Shown in pieces: positions 12,178-25,059 of a stretch of 64,000 nt of DNA; within the stretch, counting starts at the first letter, position 1; each line of letters begins with the position of its first letter. The notes under the pieces were generated by a model, which was not told the DNA's origin, searched no databases, and saw nothing but the letters and a program-made list of their open reading frames with translations. The position numbers were made by a program, and so were the translations under genes. Origin of the DNA: Octopus sinensis. Lineage: Eukaryota. Where the stretch lies: contig NC_042999.1 in NCBI RefSeq assembly GCF_006345805.1, positions 156,488,001 to 156,552,000 on the forward strand, written 5' to 3'.

Positions 12178-12597
12178 GGATCTTTTCGGTTTGAACGGCA
12201 GTTTTTAACATAATTTCTAGGTAACTAAAAAATTTTAAACTTCGTATACTGGTAGAATGTGTTTATAAAACATCTTTTTCGCTTGGCTTTATTGAGAAAA
12301 TCCTATAGTTTGTAAGATATTTGTTGTTGTTTTTTTTCTTCAATTTCTGCAATTTCAACCAATCAGTGACGTCTATTGAGTTAAAAAGCATTCTGTGCCG
12401 TATGAATATGTCACTCGTTTAAGAAACAGATTGGGTTTATTTACATTTGTGAAGAAAAAAAGATACCCTTACCCCCACCCCTAACCCTAACCCTAAAAGA
12501 GATTGAAATGCAATAGATCGATACTAGGATCATAATTATGGGTGACAATTTCATATGACACCGCTAGAAAAAACTGCCATTCAAACCGAAAAGATCC
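12178..12597 (+). mobile_element. MITE, Merlin-like, copy 1 of 5
   Basis: TIR GGATCTTTTCGGTTTGAACGGCAGTTTTT (about 29 bp); internal (TAACCC)n; no TSD recognisable in this copy. Confidence 0.85.
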
Positions 12598-14266
12598 GTA
12601 ATTTCTTCCCGGTTCATTGAGCTTACTTCTTTTCAATAATAAACTTGGTAAACAAAAGGTACCTGAAGAAAAGGGAGCTGAACACATATAATAACCTACA
12701 GTTGCATAATTTCCGGTCGGCTTTCCTTGGTAACATATGTAGTTCTTACTCCATTGCTTATGCCCAATGATTTAGGATTGCGTGGTTAGCAATTATTGTT
12801 TTGAAAACTAAGAGTTGTATAGAGGTGGTCTTCTAGTCGGAATCTCCATGGGACGAAGTGTATGACACAAATTGATTAATAAACTCTGTTGATGATGTAT
12901 TATCTGCTTTGTGTTTTCTATACAAGCCTTGTACGTGCTTACGGCTAACAAACAGCTTTTATCAAGATCATACTGCTCACACACACACACTAGCTTAAAA
13001 CCACACTCCGTGCTGACTTCTAAGCTGGCTTCTGCGGAGGGCTAAATAGCATGGCTTATAATACGTCTATAATGACTATATGCTTCGGTGGTGCTTGATC
13101 AGAGGTTAAGGACGGATGAGAATTAATTCTGTAATGAAATCATTCTGTTGATCCAGTCCCAAGTTGAATTCCAACAGTTGGCCACTTCGTCCCAAAGTTC
13201 TCAATCTCGACGTAAAATTACCAAAGCGAATGTCATTTATCTAAATTTCTGGTCGTACGTTGTTGATGTAAATATATTTTTGATTACTAGTTCTCTGTTA
13301 GTACGTTGGAGATATTAGATTCCATCTTTTGTCTTCTTTGCACAGTGTTGATGTTTTGTAGTACCGGAAATAGTAAAAAGCAAAGCAAATCACTCTTAAG
13401 TCTTAGCGGAAATTTGCTTAGCCATTTTACATACCCTTTTTTCAATGAATGTGTTTCACTGTAGGTTGTTATCTTCTGTTGTTTAAACCTAGGTAAGCAT
13501 TAATGAAGCAGGTCTATGATGTAAAGCATTCCAATCCTGACATGTGAGCAAATGTATGCTAGATATGACTATTCCATCTGTACTAGAGGTGTATAGGGCT
13601 AGATTATCTAAGGTCTTCTTTAGATATTTCAGACGTTAATTTTGAAGTGAAAAACGTTTGACCGCAATTTTTACCAGATCGAACGAGAACACAGAAGCTC
13701 TCTCGTTACGTTATAGTTTACAGTCCTAAACAGGAATGTAGGTATATGTGTGATGAGATGATATATTGGACTCTTCAAAAAATAGAAAATTTTGAAAACT
13801 TTTGACACATCTACATTTGTCGTTTGGTTAGTGAGGCTCATTTTGATTGTTTATATACAGCATCCCCAAAGTGGATATTTTAGCAGGCAGTCCTCACTTT
13901 TCGACCGATTTGGGCCAGGTTTATCTGCATATGGTCATAATAACACAGTTATTTATGAATGTCTTTCTTGGTTACTTTTGTGATAATTTATATACTTCAT
14001 CAAATTCAGACATGCACTAAGTTGAAAAATCTTCTTTCAACTCCACAGCATCGTCTATCTCACCTCAAAAGACTACACAGCACATGATTAAGCCCTTTCT
14101 CATTTGCTCTACTTTATTCTACTTTTAATATAATCACACTTACTCCTGAAATTTTACTGATTTAAACCAACTCACAAGGCTCTATCTTATATTTCACGTC
14201 ATTATCACCGCTATTTTCCTATTTGGAAAGATTATCTCTAAGGATTATCTGTAGAGGGTATGTATA

Positions 14267-14666
14267 GGCGTAGGAGTGGTTGTGTGGTAAGTAGCTTGCT
14301 TACGAACCACATTGTTCCGGGTTCAGTCCCACTGCCTGGAAAGTGTCTTCTACTATAGCTTCGGGCCGACCAAAGCCTTGTGAGTGGATTTGGTAGACGG
14401 AAACTGTAAGAAGCCCGTCGTATATGTGTATATATATGTATGTATGTGTTTGTGTGTCTGTGTTTGTCCCCCCAACATCGCTTGACAACCGATGCTAGTG
14501 TGCTTACGTCCCCGTAACTTAGCGGTTCGACAAAAGATACCGATAGAATAAGTACCAGGCTTACAAAGAACAAGTCCTGGAGTCGATTTGCTCGACTATA
14601 GGTGGTGCTCCAGCATGGCCACATTCAAATGACTGAAACAAGTAAAAGAGTAAAAGAGTAAAAGAG
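14267..14666 (+). mobile_element. tRNA-derived SINE, family B (CORE-like central domain)
   Basis: GGCGTAGGAGTGGTTGTGTGG head, GGTTCAGTCCC B box, (GTAAAAGA)n tail; co-linear with the other family B copies. Confidence 0.9.
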
Positions 14667-14754
14667 AGAACAAATACGAAATACTAAACTTGGATCCCTG
14701 CTGTCTTCTAAGTTGTTGCTCTTAGATATAAATACATTTTTGTACCAAAGAAAA

Positions 14755-14979
14755 GACAAATATTGTAAAGAAAGAGAGGGAAATTTTTCTATATCATTTT
14801 ATTTTTCATTCTAATAAAATATAGTTTATTAACGAAACGATGGAGTTAGATTCATGAGAGCTGGTCCTAAGACAAATATTTGCAAAGAAAAGAGAAGAAA
14901 TTTTTTCTATATTATTTTTATTCTTCATTCTAATAAAATATAATTTGTCAACGAAACGGTGGAATTAGATTCATGAAAA
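14755..14979. repeat. Diverged tandem duplication (units of about 105-115 bp)
   Basis: gacaaatatt...tagattcatga occurs twice, at about 14755-14859 and 14871-14979. Confidence 0.8.
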
Positions 14980-16009
14980 TGATCTTAACATTAAGAATAT
15001 TCTGATACTGTCTCCAGTCGGAGACCAGACAAATAAGACCATTGGTAAATAATTATAGTTTATTCACACATTGCTGAATTGTTGAAATTCCATTGTCGAA
15101 ACTTTAGAGGATTGATGTGCAATAGTTATTGAAAAGAAATATAACTGAAACAAGTGCTGCATCTTTTATGATTGGGCTAGTCATACTTTATGATTCAGAC
15201 CTGTAAAATAAAAAATATTTGAAGATTTAGAAAATACAACAACTCAGTAAAATGAATAAAATATGAATTTGCATAAAGCAAAACGCTTCAATCTTCAATA
15301 TCAATAAATCATAATTACAATTTAATTATTGGTAAATTATGTTGAGAACAGATGAGTTGCTAGTAATGGGTGTTAAGATACAACATATGAAAATTTTCAT
15401 AAGATGAGAAGCTGGCAGTGATATTGTAGATTGCATTGTTACTGTAAGAGCTACGAAAACTGAGAACTGGGGCAAAAGTTTCAGAGATAGAATGAAAGGA
15501 ATTTAATTCTGGAGCAGCGGGTGAGTATCTTCTATTCTTTACTAGTTGCATGCTGTCATTTGTTAATGACTTGAACACACGTTTTTATTTTGTTTATATT
15601 ATATATTGTGAAGACTGTCATTAAAAAGGTTTTACTAGCGTTGTAGTCATGTTTTGTTCTATTCTTTGCAGCATTTAAGCTGCTAACATCCTAAGACTAA
15701 GGAAATGTGTTCAGCATCTGCGCTGATCTTATCACTCTATTTGACGAATCAAAATTAACTCGCTAAAAATTCTAGATTAACTACGTTAATGTAGAATATA
15801 AGGAGTATGCGGACAGTTGGAAGGCTAGGTCGTGGGGTTTTATGACTCAGGGAAGAAACCATTCACGAATGTTCAACGACAAAAACGAATTAAAGAGAAA
15901 AGGAACAAAAATTATGTTTGATAACCAATAAAAATGCATATGGAAAGTAAAGTGAATAGCACCTACCTGAAAATGTAGATTCATATACACATACCTGTAC
16001 CTGCATACA

Positions 16010-16370
16010 CTTATGTATGTATGTATGTATGTATGTATGTATGTATGTATGTATGTATGTATGTATGTATGTATATGTATGTGTATGTATGTATGTATGT
16101 ATGTATGTATGTATGTATGTATGTATGTATCTATGTACGTATCTATGTATATATGCATGTATGTATGTATGCATGTATGCATGCACGTATGTATGTATGT
16201 ATGTATGTATGTATGTATGTATGTATGCATGCATGCATGCATGCATGCATGCATGTATGTATGCATGCATGCATGCATGTATGTATGCATATATGCATGC
16301 ATGTATGTATGTATGTATGTATGTATGTATGTATGTATGTATGTATGTATGTATGTATGTGTGTATGTAC
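16010..16370. repeat. (ATGT)n/(ATGC)n tetranucleotide microsatellite
   Basis: Direct inspection. Confidence 0.95.
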
Positions 16371-16659
16371 TGAGAAGTAGTTAGGAGCATTGTAGATTGT
16401 ATTGTGAGAAAACAAAGAACTGGGGTAAATGTTTCAGAGAGAAAGAATGAAATGAATTTAGTTCTGGAGCAGCTTCTGAGTATTATTTCTTCTTATAAGT
16501 TTGGTTGTTCAAACAAGTGTACAGACCTGATACAATCTTTATTTAATGATTATTATTTATTGAAGGATACAGTGTACTATATTGTTAATTTATCTTAACC
16601 TTTTCCTGTTGAATGTTGAATAAGACAAGGAGATATTCTTGCACCACTGTTTTTTATGT

Positions 16660-18420
16660 TGCCGTAGTATTCGTGGTAGCATTCGAAGATGACACAAAGG
16701 AAATTTACATTAGATTTAGAACCACAGTAAAGTCGTTCAACATCACAAGGATACCGCAGATACTAAGGTGTTTGAATAATTTGTTAGGGAAATATTATAT
16801 GCTGATGACTGTAAATTAGTATCTCACACAAAACTGTAGGATGTGATTACAGCTTTTAATGCACCATGCAAAGCTTTTTGGCTTGGAAATAAATTTGAAG
16901 AAAACAGAAGTTATGTTTCATTGTTGCACCTGGAGAAGCATATGTTAAACCAAAGATATTAGTAGAACATAAAGAATTAAAAGTGGTGATGTCTTTTACT
17001 TGTCTGGGAAGTGTGCTGTCAGATGATGCAAGTTAGAGACAGAGATCTTACACAGACTGAAGAAGGCTTCAACAATTTTTGGAAATCTGGAAAGCAGGAT
17101 TGGGATCAGATTAAGCACAAATATATCCATCTACAAAATAACTGCGCTCTCGGCTTTATTGTGTGGCTGTGAAACGTGGATGAAATACAAACAGCAAGTT
17201 AAGATGCTCGAACGATTTCACCAACGCTGTTTGAGACATACAAGGTCTGATCAATAAGTATCTAGACTAATGCCATACTAACGAAACTAAAACACACAGA
17301 ATAAAACCACTTGGTGAAGATTGACCTTGAACTCTGCTGTACATGCGCACTAAGTTTTAACGTTCTAGCTCATTCCCGCTGTTTACAACAGAACTTAGAA
17401 GGAAGGTGTGTGGCGTGTGATCGTCGCATTAACCATGACAGAGAAAGTTGTCATGGCGATACCTCCTCACAGGCCTACGCAAAGTTGCAGAAAGTGTATG
17501 GAGAGGAATGTATGAGCCGCACACAAGTGTAAGAGTGGTTCAGACGTTTCAAGATGGCCGAAAAATGTCGATATTGACGAACGTTCTGGGAGACCCGCAA
17601 CTAGCAGAATTGAGAAAAACATCGCAAATGTGTGTGCAGATGTGAGGGGAAATCGTCGAATCACTATCCGTGAGTCATCAGATGGTGTGCAGATTAATTA
17701 CGGTTCAAATATGTTCATTATTACTGAAGATTTGGGTATGAGACACGTCTCTGCCAAGTTTGTGCCCAAACTGCTTTTAGCTGATCAAAAAGACACTCGA
17801 GTTTCAGTTGCACAAGATCTCCTTGATTGTGTCGACAATGATGAAAACTCATTGAAAACTTTGCGTAGGCCTCTGAGTAGGTATCGCCAAGCTTTTGTTA
17901 AAATTGGAGGCAGATTCTCTGCTCAAATATCTCTGTCATGGTCAATGCGACGATCACACGCTACACACGATACTTCCAAGTACAGCTGTAAACAGCGGAA
18001 GTGAGCTAGAACGTTAAAACTTAGTGCGCATGCACAGCAGAGTTCAAGGTCAATCTTTGCAAAGCAGCTTCACTCTGCGTGCTTTAGCTTCGTTACTATG
18101 GCAGTCCGGATACTTATTGATCAGACCACGTATGCTCAATATGAAGTGGACTACACATACCCCGGATAGCGCAGAACTAGAGAAGGCTCAAATGACTGGC
18201 AATGAAGCTATCATTATTTGGAGTATTTTAATGTAGAGTGGACATCTTGTTCGAACGAGCAATACCAGAAATCCAATGCAACTGCTTTATGGGGAATTAA
18301 AGCAAAGAAAAACGAATGGCTGAAAACCCTAACAGAAGTACAAAGGCCTTTTCGAGATGAAGTTGAAAAAAATTTCTATTTCTACAGAAACACAGAAAAG
18401 ACAAGCTGTAGATAAAATAA
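16660..18420 (+). mobile_element. Decayed RTE-clade LINE fragment interrupted by a mariner element; outer boundaries approximate
   Basis: FGLEINLKKTEVM, FTCLGSVLS, LLCGCETW, ERFHQRCLRH, then after the insert MLNMKW...GHLVR...QLLYGEL. Confidence 0.85.
17241..18130 (+). mobile_element. Internally deleted mariner element (890 bp) nested in the RTE
   Basis: 28-bp imperfect TIRs (CAAGGTCTGATCAATAAGTATCTAGACT / reverse complement CGTGGTCTGATCAATAAGTATCCGGACT), TA TSD, transposase relic EDLGMRHVSAKFVPKLL. Confidence 0.9.
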
Positions 18421-18688
18421 AATGGGGATAAACGATCTTTTATAGTGTAGAGTTATTTGAGAGGAAAAGAGTTAAGCACATGTTATACGAAACAACAACT
18501 CGGAAGAGAAGGAAGCTGAAACATCCAAAGTCTCGGAAAAAAGTAGTTAATGTGAAATACGTGGAAGAATTTGGCTTTCTCTTGCTGGTTTCAAGAACCA
18601 TGTGAGAGAGCATGATGATATAAAGCAGGTAGAGTATCCCGGGAAAGTTGGGTTGAAGGGCAACATTTGTGGTAAAATGATTAAGTCG

Positions 18689-18718
18689 AAAAAACTGCCG
18701 TTCAAACCGAAAAGATCC
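18689..18718. mobile_element. Solo terminal inverted repeat of the Merlin-like MITE family
   Basis: AAAAAACTGCCGTTCAAACCGAAAAGATCC with no partner end nearby. Confidence 0.75.
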
Positions 18719-19179
18719 AAAAGATGAAATTAAAAATGACGATATCGTACTTACAAAAATAGAATAAAATATTTTTTAAAATCCTTAAAAGACTTACCTG
18801 TAACTATCATCATTTCCAGATTTCTTCTGTCACCACACTCAGAACCAAACTAAATTTTTTCATGCATTTTTGTTTTCCATCGTTGCTTAACCATGTGAAA
18901 TTCCCTACACTGTCCTGCCCACTTTCATTTTACTTACCCGGCTACTATTTCCTCCGTTTCTCGTTTGGCAACCTTCTACTTAAACACAATCTCATTAGCG
19001 TGATACAAATACCTCTGCTAAGATATGTGTGTGTGTGTGTGTGTATAAGAGAGAGAGAGAGAGAGAAAGTTTGTGTGTTTGTGTGTTTACAAACGAAAAA
19101 GGAGGACATTTCACCACTTCACTTGTAAATTTGGTCACGCAGGCACGGTACTCTGTTGTTAGCTTACCGCCAGCAAACC

Positions 19180-19420
19180 CTAGGGTAAAGCAGTGACACG
19201 AAGAGATATTGATAAATCGGGTATAGCTGATCATGTATGGAAAAATGGAGACCACTTCACTCTGTGGGATGAAGTTAAAATAATAGAGAGAGAACACCAG
19301 TGGAAAATACGAAAACTAAAAGAAGCAGCACATATGTTAGGACACAATAACCTCCTAATCAGACCAAGTGCAGATATGAACAACATATGGAAACCGGTAT
19401 GAAGGAAGGATAGAAAAATA
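19180..19420 (+). mobile_element. PLE GIY-YIG endonuclease C-terminal fragment
   Basis: DKSGIADHVWKNGDH..LWDEVKIIEREHQWKIRKLKEAAHM resembles the Penelope/Poseidon-type endonuclease tail. Confidence 0.7.
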
Positions 19421-19864
19421 TTAGTTTTATAAGCCCCAAAGTCACTTCATAATTGCCCACAGGCATATGGCGTAGTGGTTAAGAGGGCGGGCTACTAAAT
19501 CAGATATTTAGCATAAATATTCTATTTTTATGCGAGGCACATGCTTAACGTAGCCAACATCACTTACGTTTGCCTGCCTCAGCTGTAAGTCGCTTGCTAG
19601 TTCAATCTCATAAACGTAGATTTGACTCTGTCCGTGTAGAATATTATACGCAAGTTGAGTGCATGTAACAGATTCCGCGCTTGCAGTCTGTAAGATCGGC
19701 TACAGCAGCAAGTTAAAACACATCTTACCAAATCACCACTAATATCATGGAATATGCCAAATATATACTTGGAAGGAATCAAATGTAGGAATCAAATCTT
19801 TACCTTCAGTGTTGGGATTGATTTAACAATATGAAGTGAATTAATATTTATTTGAAAGTAAATA

Positions 19865-20422
19865 TTCTTTTCTACTCTAGACACGAGGCCCGAAATTTAT
19901 GGGGAGGGCGCCAGTTGATTAGACTGACCCCAGTACGCAACTGGTACTTAATTTATCGAACCCGAAAAGATGAAAGCCAAAGTTGACTTCGGCGGAATTT
20001 GAACCCAGAACGTAAAGACAGACGAAATTCCTATTTCTTTACTACCCACAAGGGGCTAAACACAGAGAGGACAGACAAACGGATTAAGTCGATTATATCG
20101 ACCTCAGTGTGTAACTGGTACTTATTTAATCGACCCCGAAAGGATGAAAGGAAAAGTCGACCTCGGTGGAATTTGAACTCAGAGCGTAGCGGCAGACGAA
20201 ATACCTATTTCTTTACTACCCACAAGGGGCTAAACACAGACAGGACAAACAAGGACAGACAAACGGGTTAAGTCGATTATATCTGGTACTTAATTTATCG
20301 ACCCCGAAAGGATGAAAGGCAAAGTCGACCTCGGCGGAATTTGAACTCAGAACGTAACGGCAGACGAGATAAGGCTACGCAATTCGCCCGGCGTGCTAAC
20401 GTTTCTGCTAGCTCGCCGCCTT
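19865..20422 (-). mobile_element. Family A SINE trimer: one full unit plus two head-less units
   Basis: Head at 20422; junctions gacgaaat(a/t)cc|tatttc at about 20031 and 20205. Confidence 0.85.
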
Positions 20423-20716
20423 TATTTGGAAATAAACATTGTAATATGATGTATATAAAAGTAAGGTGTGAACATCTGTTTTTTAGCTAAGGAGTGGCTA
20501 AGATATATAGATATATTCTCAAGTGTAGTATAATTTAAATGTTACTATATGTATTTATTAGCATATTTTGCGTGTGTATTATTGCACGCACATTAATTAA
20601 TCTTTAAAGTATTGAGTATTATATTATTACATAAAAATATATCGCAAGTTGTATTGAAAAATATATATGAACACATACATATATTCATATACACACACTT
20701 CCGTATATCTCTATAT

Positions 20717-21146
20717 GGATCTTTTCGGTTTGAACGGCAGTTTTTTCTAGCGGTGTCATATGAAATTGTCACCAATAATTATAACCCTAGTATCGATCTA
20801 TTGCATTTCAATCTATTTTAGGGTTAGGGTTAGTTAGGTTTAGAGTTAGGGTTAGGGTATCTTTTTTTCTTCACAAATGTAAATAAACCCAATCTGTTTC
20901 TTAAACGAGGGACATATTCATACGGCACAGAATGTTTTTTTTTTACCTCAATTGACGTCACTGATTGGTTGAAATTGCAGAAATTGAAGAAAAAAAACAA
21001 CAAATCTCTTACAAACTATAGAAATTTCTCAATAAAGGCAAGCGAAAAAGATGTTTTATAAACACATTCTACTAGTATACGAAGTTTAACATTTTTTAGT
21101 TACCTAGAAATTATGTTAAAAACTGCCGTTCAAACCGAAAAGATCC
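20717..21146 (-). mobile_element. MITE, Merlin-like, copy 2
   Basis: Same TIRs; TSD CTCTATAT/CTCTCTAT (7 of 8 match); expanded degenerate (TTAGGG)n. Confidence 0.9.
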
Positions 21147-22129
21147 CTCTCTATTTTTACGTACTTGCAGTCTGTCCAAATAGTTCAAGAGTTCTCTTCA
21201 CAGCCACGAGATCCTGAACTCGTTATCTTTATTTTTCAAGGCCTCTAAAATTGCTTGAAGGAAAGGCAAAAATGATCCTTAAACCTAAAGTCCTGCTTGC
21301 AACAAAGTGAACTCCGCTATCGTTGCCCATGGACCAAAGTGGTGATGTTAGACCAGGTAACGGACAGCATCTACAACCCAACTAAGAACACAAGAGAACT
21401 AGTTCAAATATCACAAGATATCTTAAATATTACAAAGTACCTAATCTAACTATTCCAACGATCTTCGCCTTGGACGGGCACTATAATTCATAAACCGTGA
21501 GCGATTTGAACTCAGAACGTGGCGAAGTGGAACAAATACTTCTGGGCTTTTAATTCTCAGGCCTAGGCAGTGTCTTACACAAAAATGTGTCAGAGAATGT
21601 GTATAGTATCGTTTAAAAATTCAAAATGTTTTTCTTTTCACATATCAAACATGCCTCCAGGTGATTGCTTTATCAACAGCTACGCGACTGGTGGAAGAAT
21701 AAACAATACCTAAGATGGCGAAAGGACATACACATTTGATTGGTCTTATATTTTAAGACGTCAATCTTATCACTGGATAATTAATGGAGAATGGAAATGA
21801 TTTCCGTAGCGAACACTTTCGTTCTTTAAATATTGTCATTCTTGAGAGCTTTCTTTCGGTGCATGCTTATATATTAACGTCAATAATATATTTAGAATAA
21901 CATGACACAAGCAACTTTACTTGTGCACATCTTTCAGTCAGAATAGTTCACACGAAGTCAATTATTTTACCGAACGGCAGGAATGCATTCTTCATGATGT
22001 CAATCCTTATGTGAGTGGTGTCGAGCTCCATACTATTTTTCTTTTAGTATTATACTTATTGATTATTTTGTAAATCTAATCTTGACATTCGTTGGTGAAA
22101 GATTTTAAGAAACGGATGTGTTCAATTAG

Positions 22130-22640
22130 AAGGCGGCGAGCTGGCAGAAACGTTAGCACACCGGGCGAAATGCGTAGCCGTATTTCGTCTGCCGCTACGT
22201 TCTGAGTTCAACTCCTGTTGCTACAAACATCGGGTACTATTACTCCTTTCCACTGTCGACAAAATATTTGACAGATTTGTTCAACAAGATTATTCTTCAC
22301 CAAGTGGATACAATCCCAATGCAGATTCCGTGGTTGTTGAGGAACAATTGAGATGATATTCACTTCGCACCAGGTTCAGAGAAGTCCAGAAAGCAGAACC
22401 AGGAAATGTATTTGCTTTTTGTTGATTTAAAAAAGCCTTTGATATGGTTAACTGTGATGTCCACTGGAAATTTTTGTATAAGGTTGATTTTTCTCCCCCA
22501 CGAAATGGTCAGAATATTAAGCTTGTTTTACAAGGGTATGTGATGGAAGGCAGTTCAGCTTCTGATACTTTTCCTGTAAAGAATGGAGCCAAGCAGGAGT
22601 CTGTAGTGTCACGCTGCTCACCGCCACTAGCATCTTGTTT
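22130..22640 (+). mobile_element. Family A SINE 5' part (22130-22215) followed by an RTE reverse-transcriptase fragment
   Basis: SINE head, then ITLLSTVDKIF...QNQEMYLLFVDLKKAFDMV-like RT motifs with frameshifts. Confidence 0.75.
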
Positions 22641-23954
22641 GCAATAAATTCCTCAGTCATACACACCAGTCATATACACGCCAGAAAGCCACAAATTTCT
22701 ATAGGGACTCTGCAAGGATGAAACTCAATAATGGTCCATTTACTCTCACAATGGACTATACTGTCAGAACGGAGATCGAGAAATTGGTTCGATTATTATT
22801 CCTAGGAAAAATTTATATCTGAGCTTAATACCTAAAACCTAGAAACAGAAAGACGTAATTAGTATGTCTTAATATTACTACCGCTACCAACATAACAGCA
22901 CGGAATTTTCTAAACGTCACCTTAGATCTTAAATACAAATACAAACCAAACAGAAAACAACACGAAGGATCATTTTCAGAAACTTCATCGCATTTTAAGA
23001 ACTTTGTCAGCAACATTAGTCAAAAACAAGCCATTATCTGTTTAGAAAAAAGAAAATTCAATGGAGTTGTAAAGCTCTACAACGTGGTGCTGGAGAACAG
23101 TGTCTTGCAAACAACTTGCACATGCAAGTGCTACCAGTCAAAAACTCCGTATACCGGAAGCCAGCAAGTGTATGGGGTCATCAGGAGAGAATGCGCGCCG
23201 TTTCAGGGCCTACCTCTCGACGGCATCAATGCGCACCGGCTCCCCTCACTGATATGAGGCCCCGCTTGCTAGATCAGCTGGTTATCAAATAAAGCTCAAT
23301 ATCCTTCTAGCCATCGCTCATCGTCTCTTTTTAATGTAGATAAAATATTGTTTATCCCCTAACTTGACTTACACTCAGCTAACAAAATCAAAATTAACCA
23401 CTATAATGTACATACAACCTCAGTGTGAAATCAAATTTGCCAAGAATTTCATAAATTTGACCCGTAAACATTACCTAACAAAACATAAATATACCAAAGA
23501 AAACCCCCACAAAACTTCAATGACCTTGTCCTTGAAGGCCCATTCGTACGCACCAATTTGCTACTCTCCTTCAGTTTCCAAAACGATCAAAAAATTTACT
23601 GGAAAAAACACCGTCCTCTCCTCTTTTACCTTCTTCTTGAAATGAGATTTGAAAAAGTTGATGAGATTTTGATAAATAATAGTCATGATAGTAAGGACAC
23701 TTGTAAAATACTGAACAAAGGTTCATACACTACTAAATTCACTAATTTATTTAATCTTTATTGATACTATTTAACCATTCCAATCCTATTTTTCATCTTT
23801 TTTTTCTTCCTTTTTTTGCTTTTGCTTCAATTCTTTTTGCTATCATTTTTATAGTCCCATTGAACCATCCTTATTCCTCCATATACTTTCGTAGTGTATG
23901 TTCTTAAAAGTACGCATCCGTGAATGTGTGAGCATTTGAACAGGAGTATGGGAT

Positions 23955-24336
23955 GGAAGCACTCCGTCGGTTACGACGACGAGGGTTCCGGTTGATCCGA
24001 ATCAACGGAACAGCCTGCTTGTGAAATTAACGTGTAAGTGGTTGAGCACTCCACAGACACGTGCACCCTTAACGTAGTTCTCGGGGATATTCAGCGTGAC
24101 ACAGAGAGTGACAAGGCCGGCCCCTTGAAATACAGGTACAACAGAAACAGGAAGAAAGAGAGAGAGAAAGTTGTGGTGAAAGAGTACAGCAGGGATCACC
24201 ACCATTCCCTGCCGGAGCCTCGTGGAGCTTTAGGTGTTTTCGCTCAATAAACACTCACAACGCCCGGTCTGGGAATCGAAACCGCGATCCTATGACCGCG
24301 AGTCCGCTGCCCTAACCACTGGGCCATTGCGCCTCC
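23955..24336 (-). mobile_element. tRNA-derived SINE, family C, full length
   Basis: Reverse-complement match to 3175-3556; lies between an 88-90 bp direct duplication (23860-23949 / 24388-24475). Confidence 0.9.
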
Positions 24337-25059
24337 ACTTTTAAATGTAAGTGTGCGTGTATATGCATACGGATGCTGCTACATGTGTTGAACCATCCTT
24401 ATTCCTCCATATACTTTCGCAGAGTATGTTCTTAAGTACGCATCCGTGAATGTGTGAGCATGTGAAGAGGAGTATATACATATAGGCGCCGGTGCCTGTA
24501 TGCGTAACCTTTGTGTGTAGGTGCGTTTGCGCAAGTATGACTGAGTGTGGATGTCTGCGTGTCTTAGGGATCATGTGTGCGATCATTGATGCCTTGTATG
24601 TATTTGGGCCAATAGGCGCGTGTATATGTGTGCACGTGAGCGTGTGTGCATGTGTGCACGTGAGCGTGTGTGTTATATCATAATGATGCATGAATCTTCG
24701 TTATATTTCACGAGTGATCCAATGTCTCAGACGGACTGACTTTTAAATTGTTCTGGGTCTGATTTGCTCCACATCTCCAGGTGGTGAACTGGGACGAGTA
24801 GGGTGACTAGTCTCACTCAGAAATAGACCGAGAGGAAACTATATTTGAACGGTTGGGTATAGTTGCTAATGACTACATCATCATTTCACCATCTGTTATC
24901 ATCTGTCATGCCTTGCCCCGTCTTCGGCCATCGACGAAAATCAAGTGGCTAGTCTGTTCCGAAAGAGTTTTGACCCCGGGCTCTTGAATAATTTTCAAAA
25001 ATTCCTGGCAGCAGCGACAAAAACAATAACATTAGCAACTGTAATGACAGCAAATCGAT

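Noticed and set aside
12808-12990. Minus-strand 60-aa ORF with a possible acceptor
   Set aside because: No recognisable motif and no linked exons found.
15360-15578. 72-aa minus-strand ORF
   Set aside because: No family similarity recognised; the frame is not preserved in the duplicated copy at about 16.4 kb.
20815-20860. TTAGGG repeats as a telomere or fusion scar
   Set aside because: They are short and lie at the same internal position in every MITE copy.
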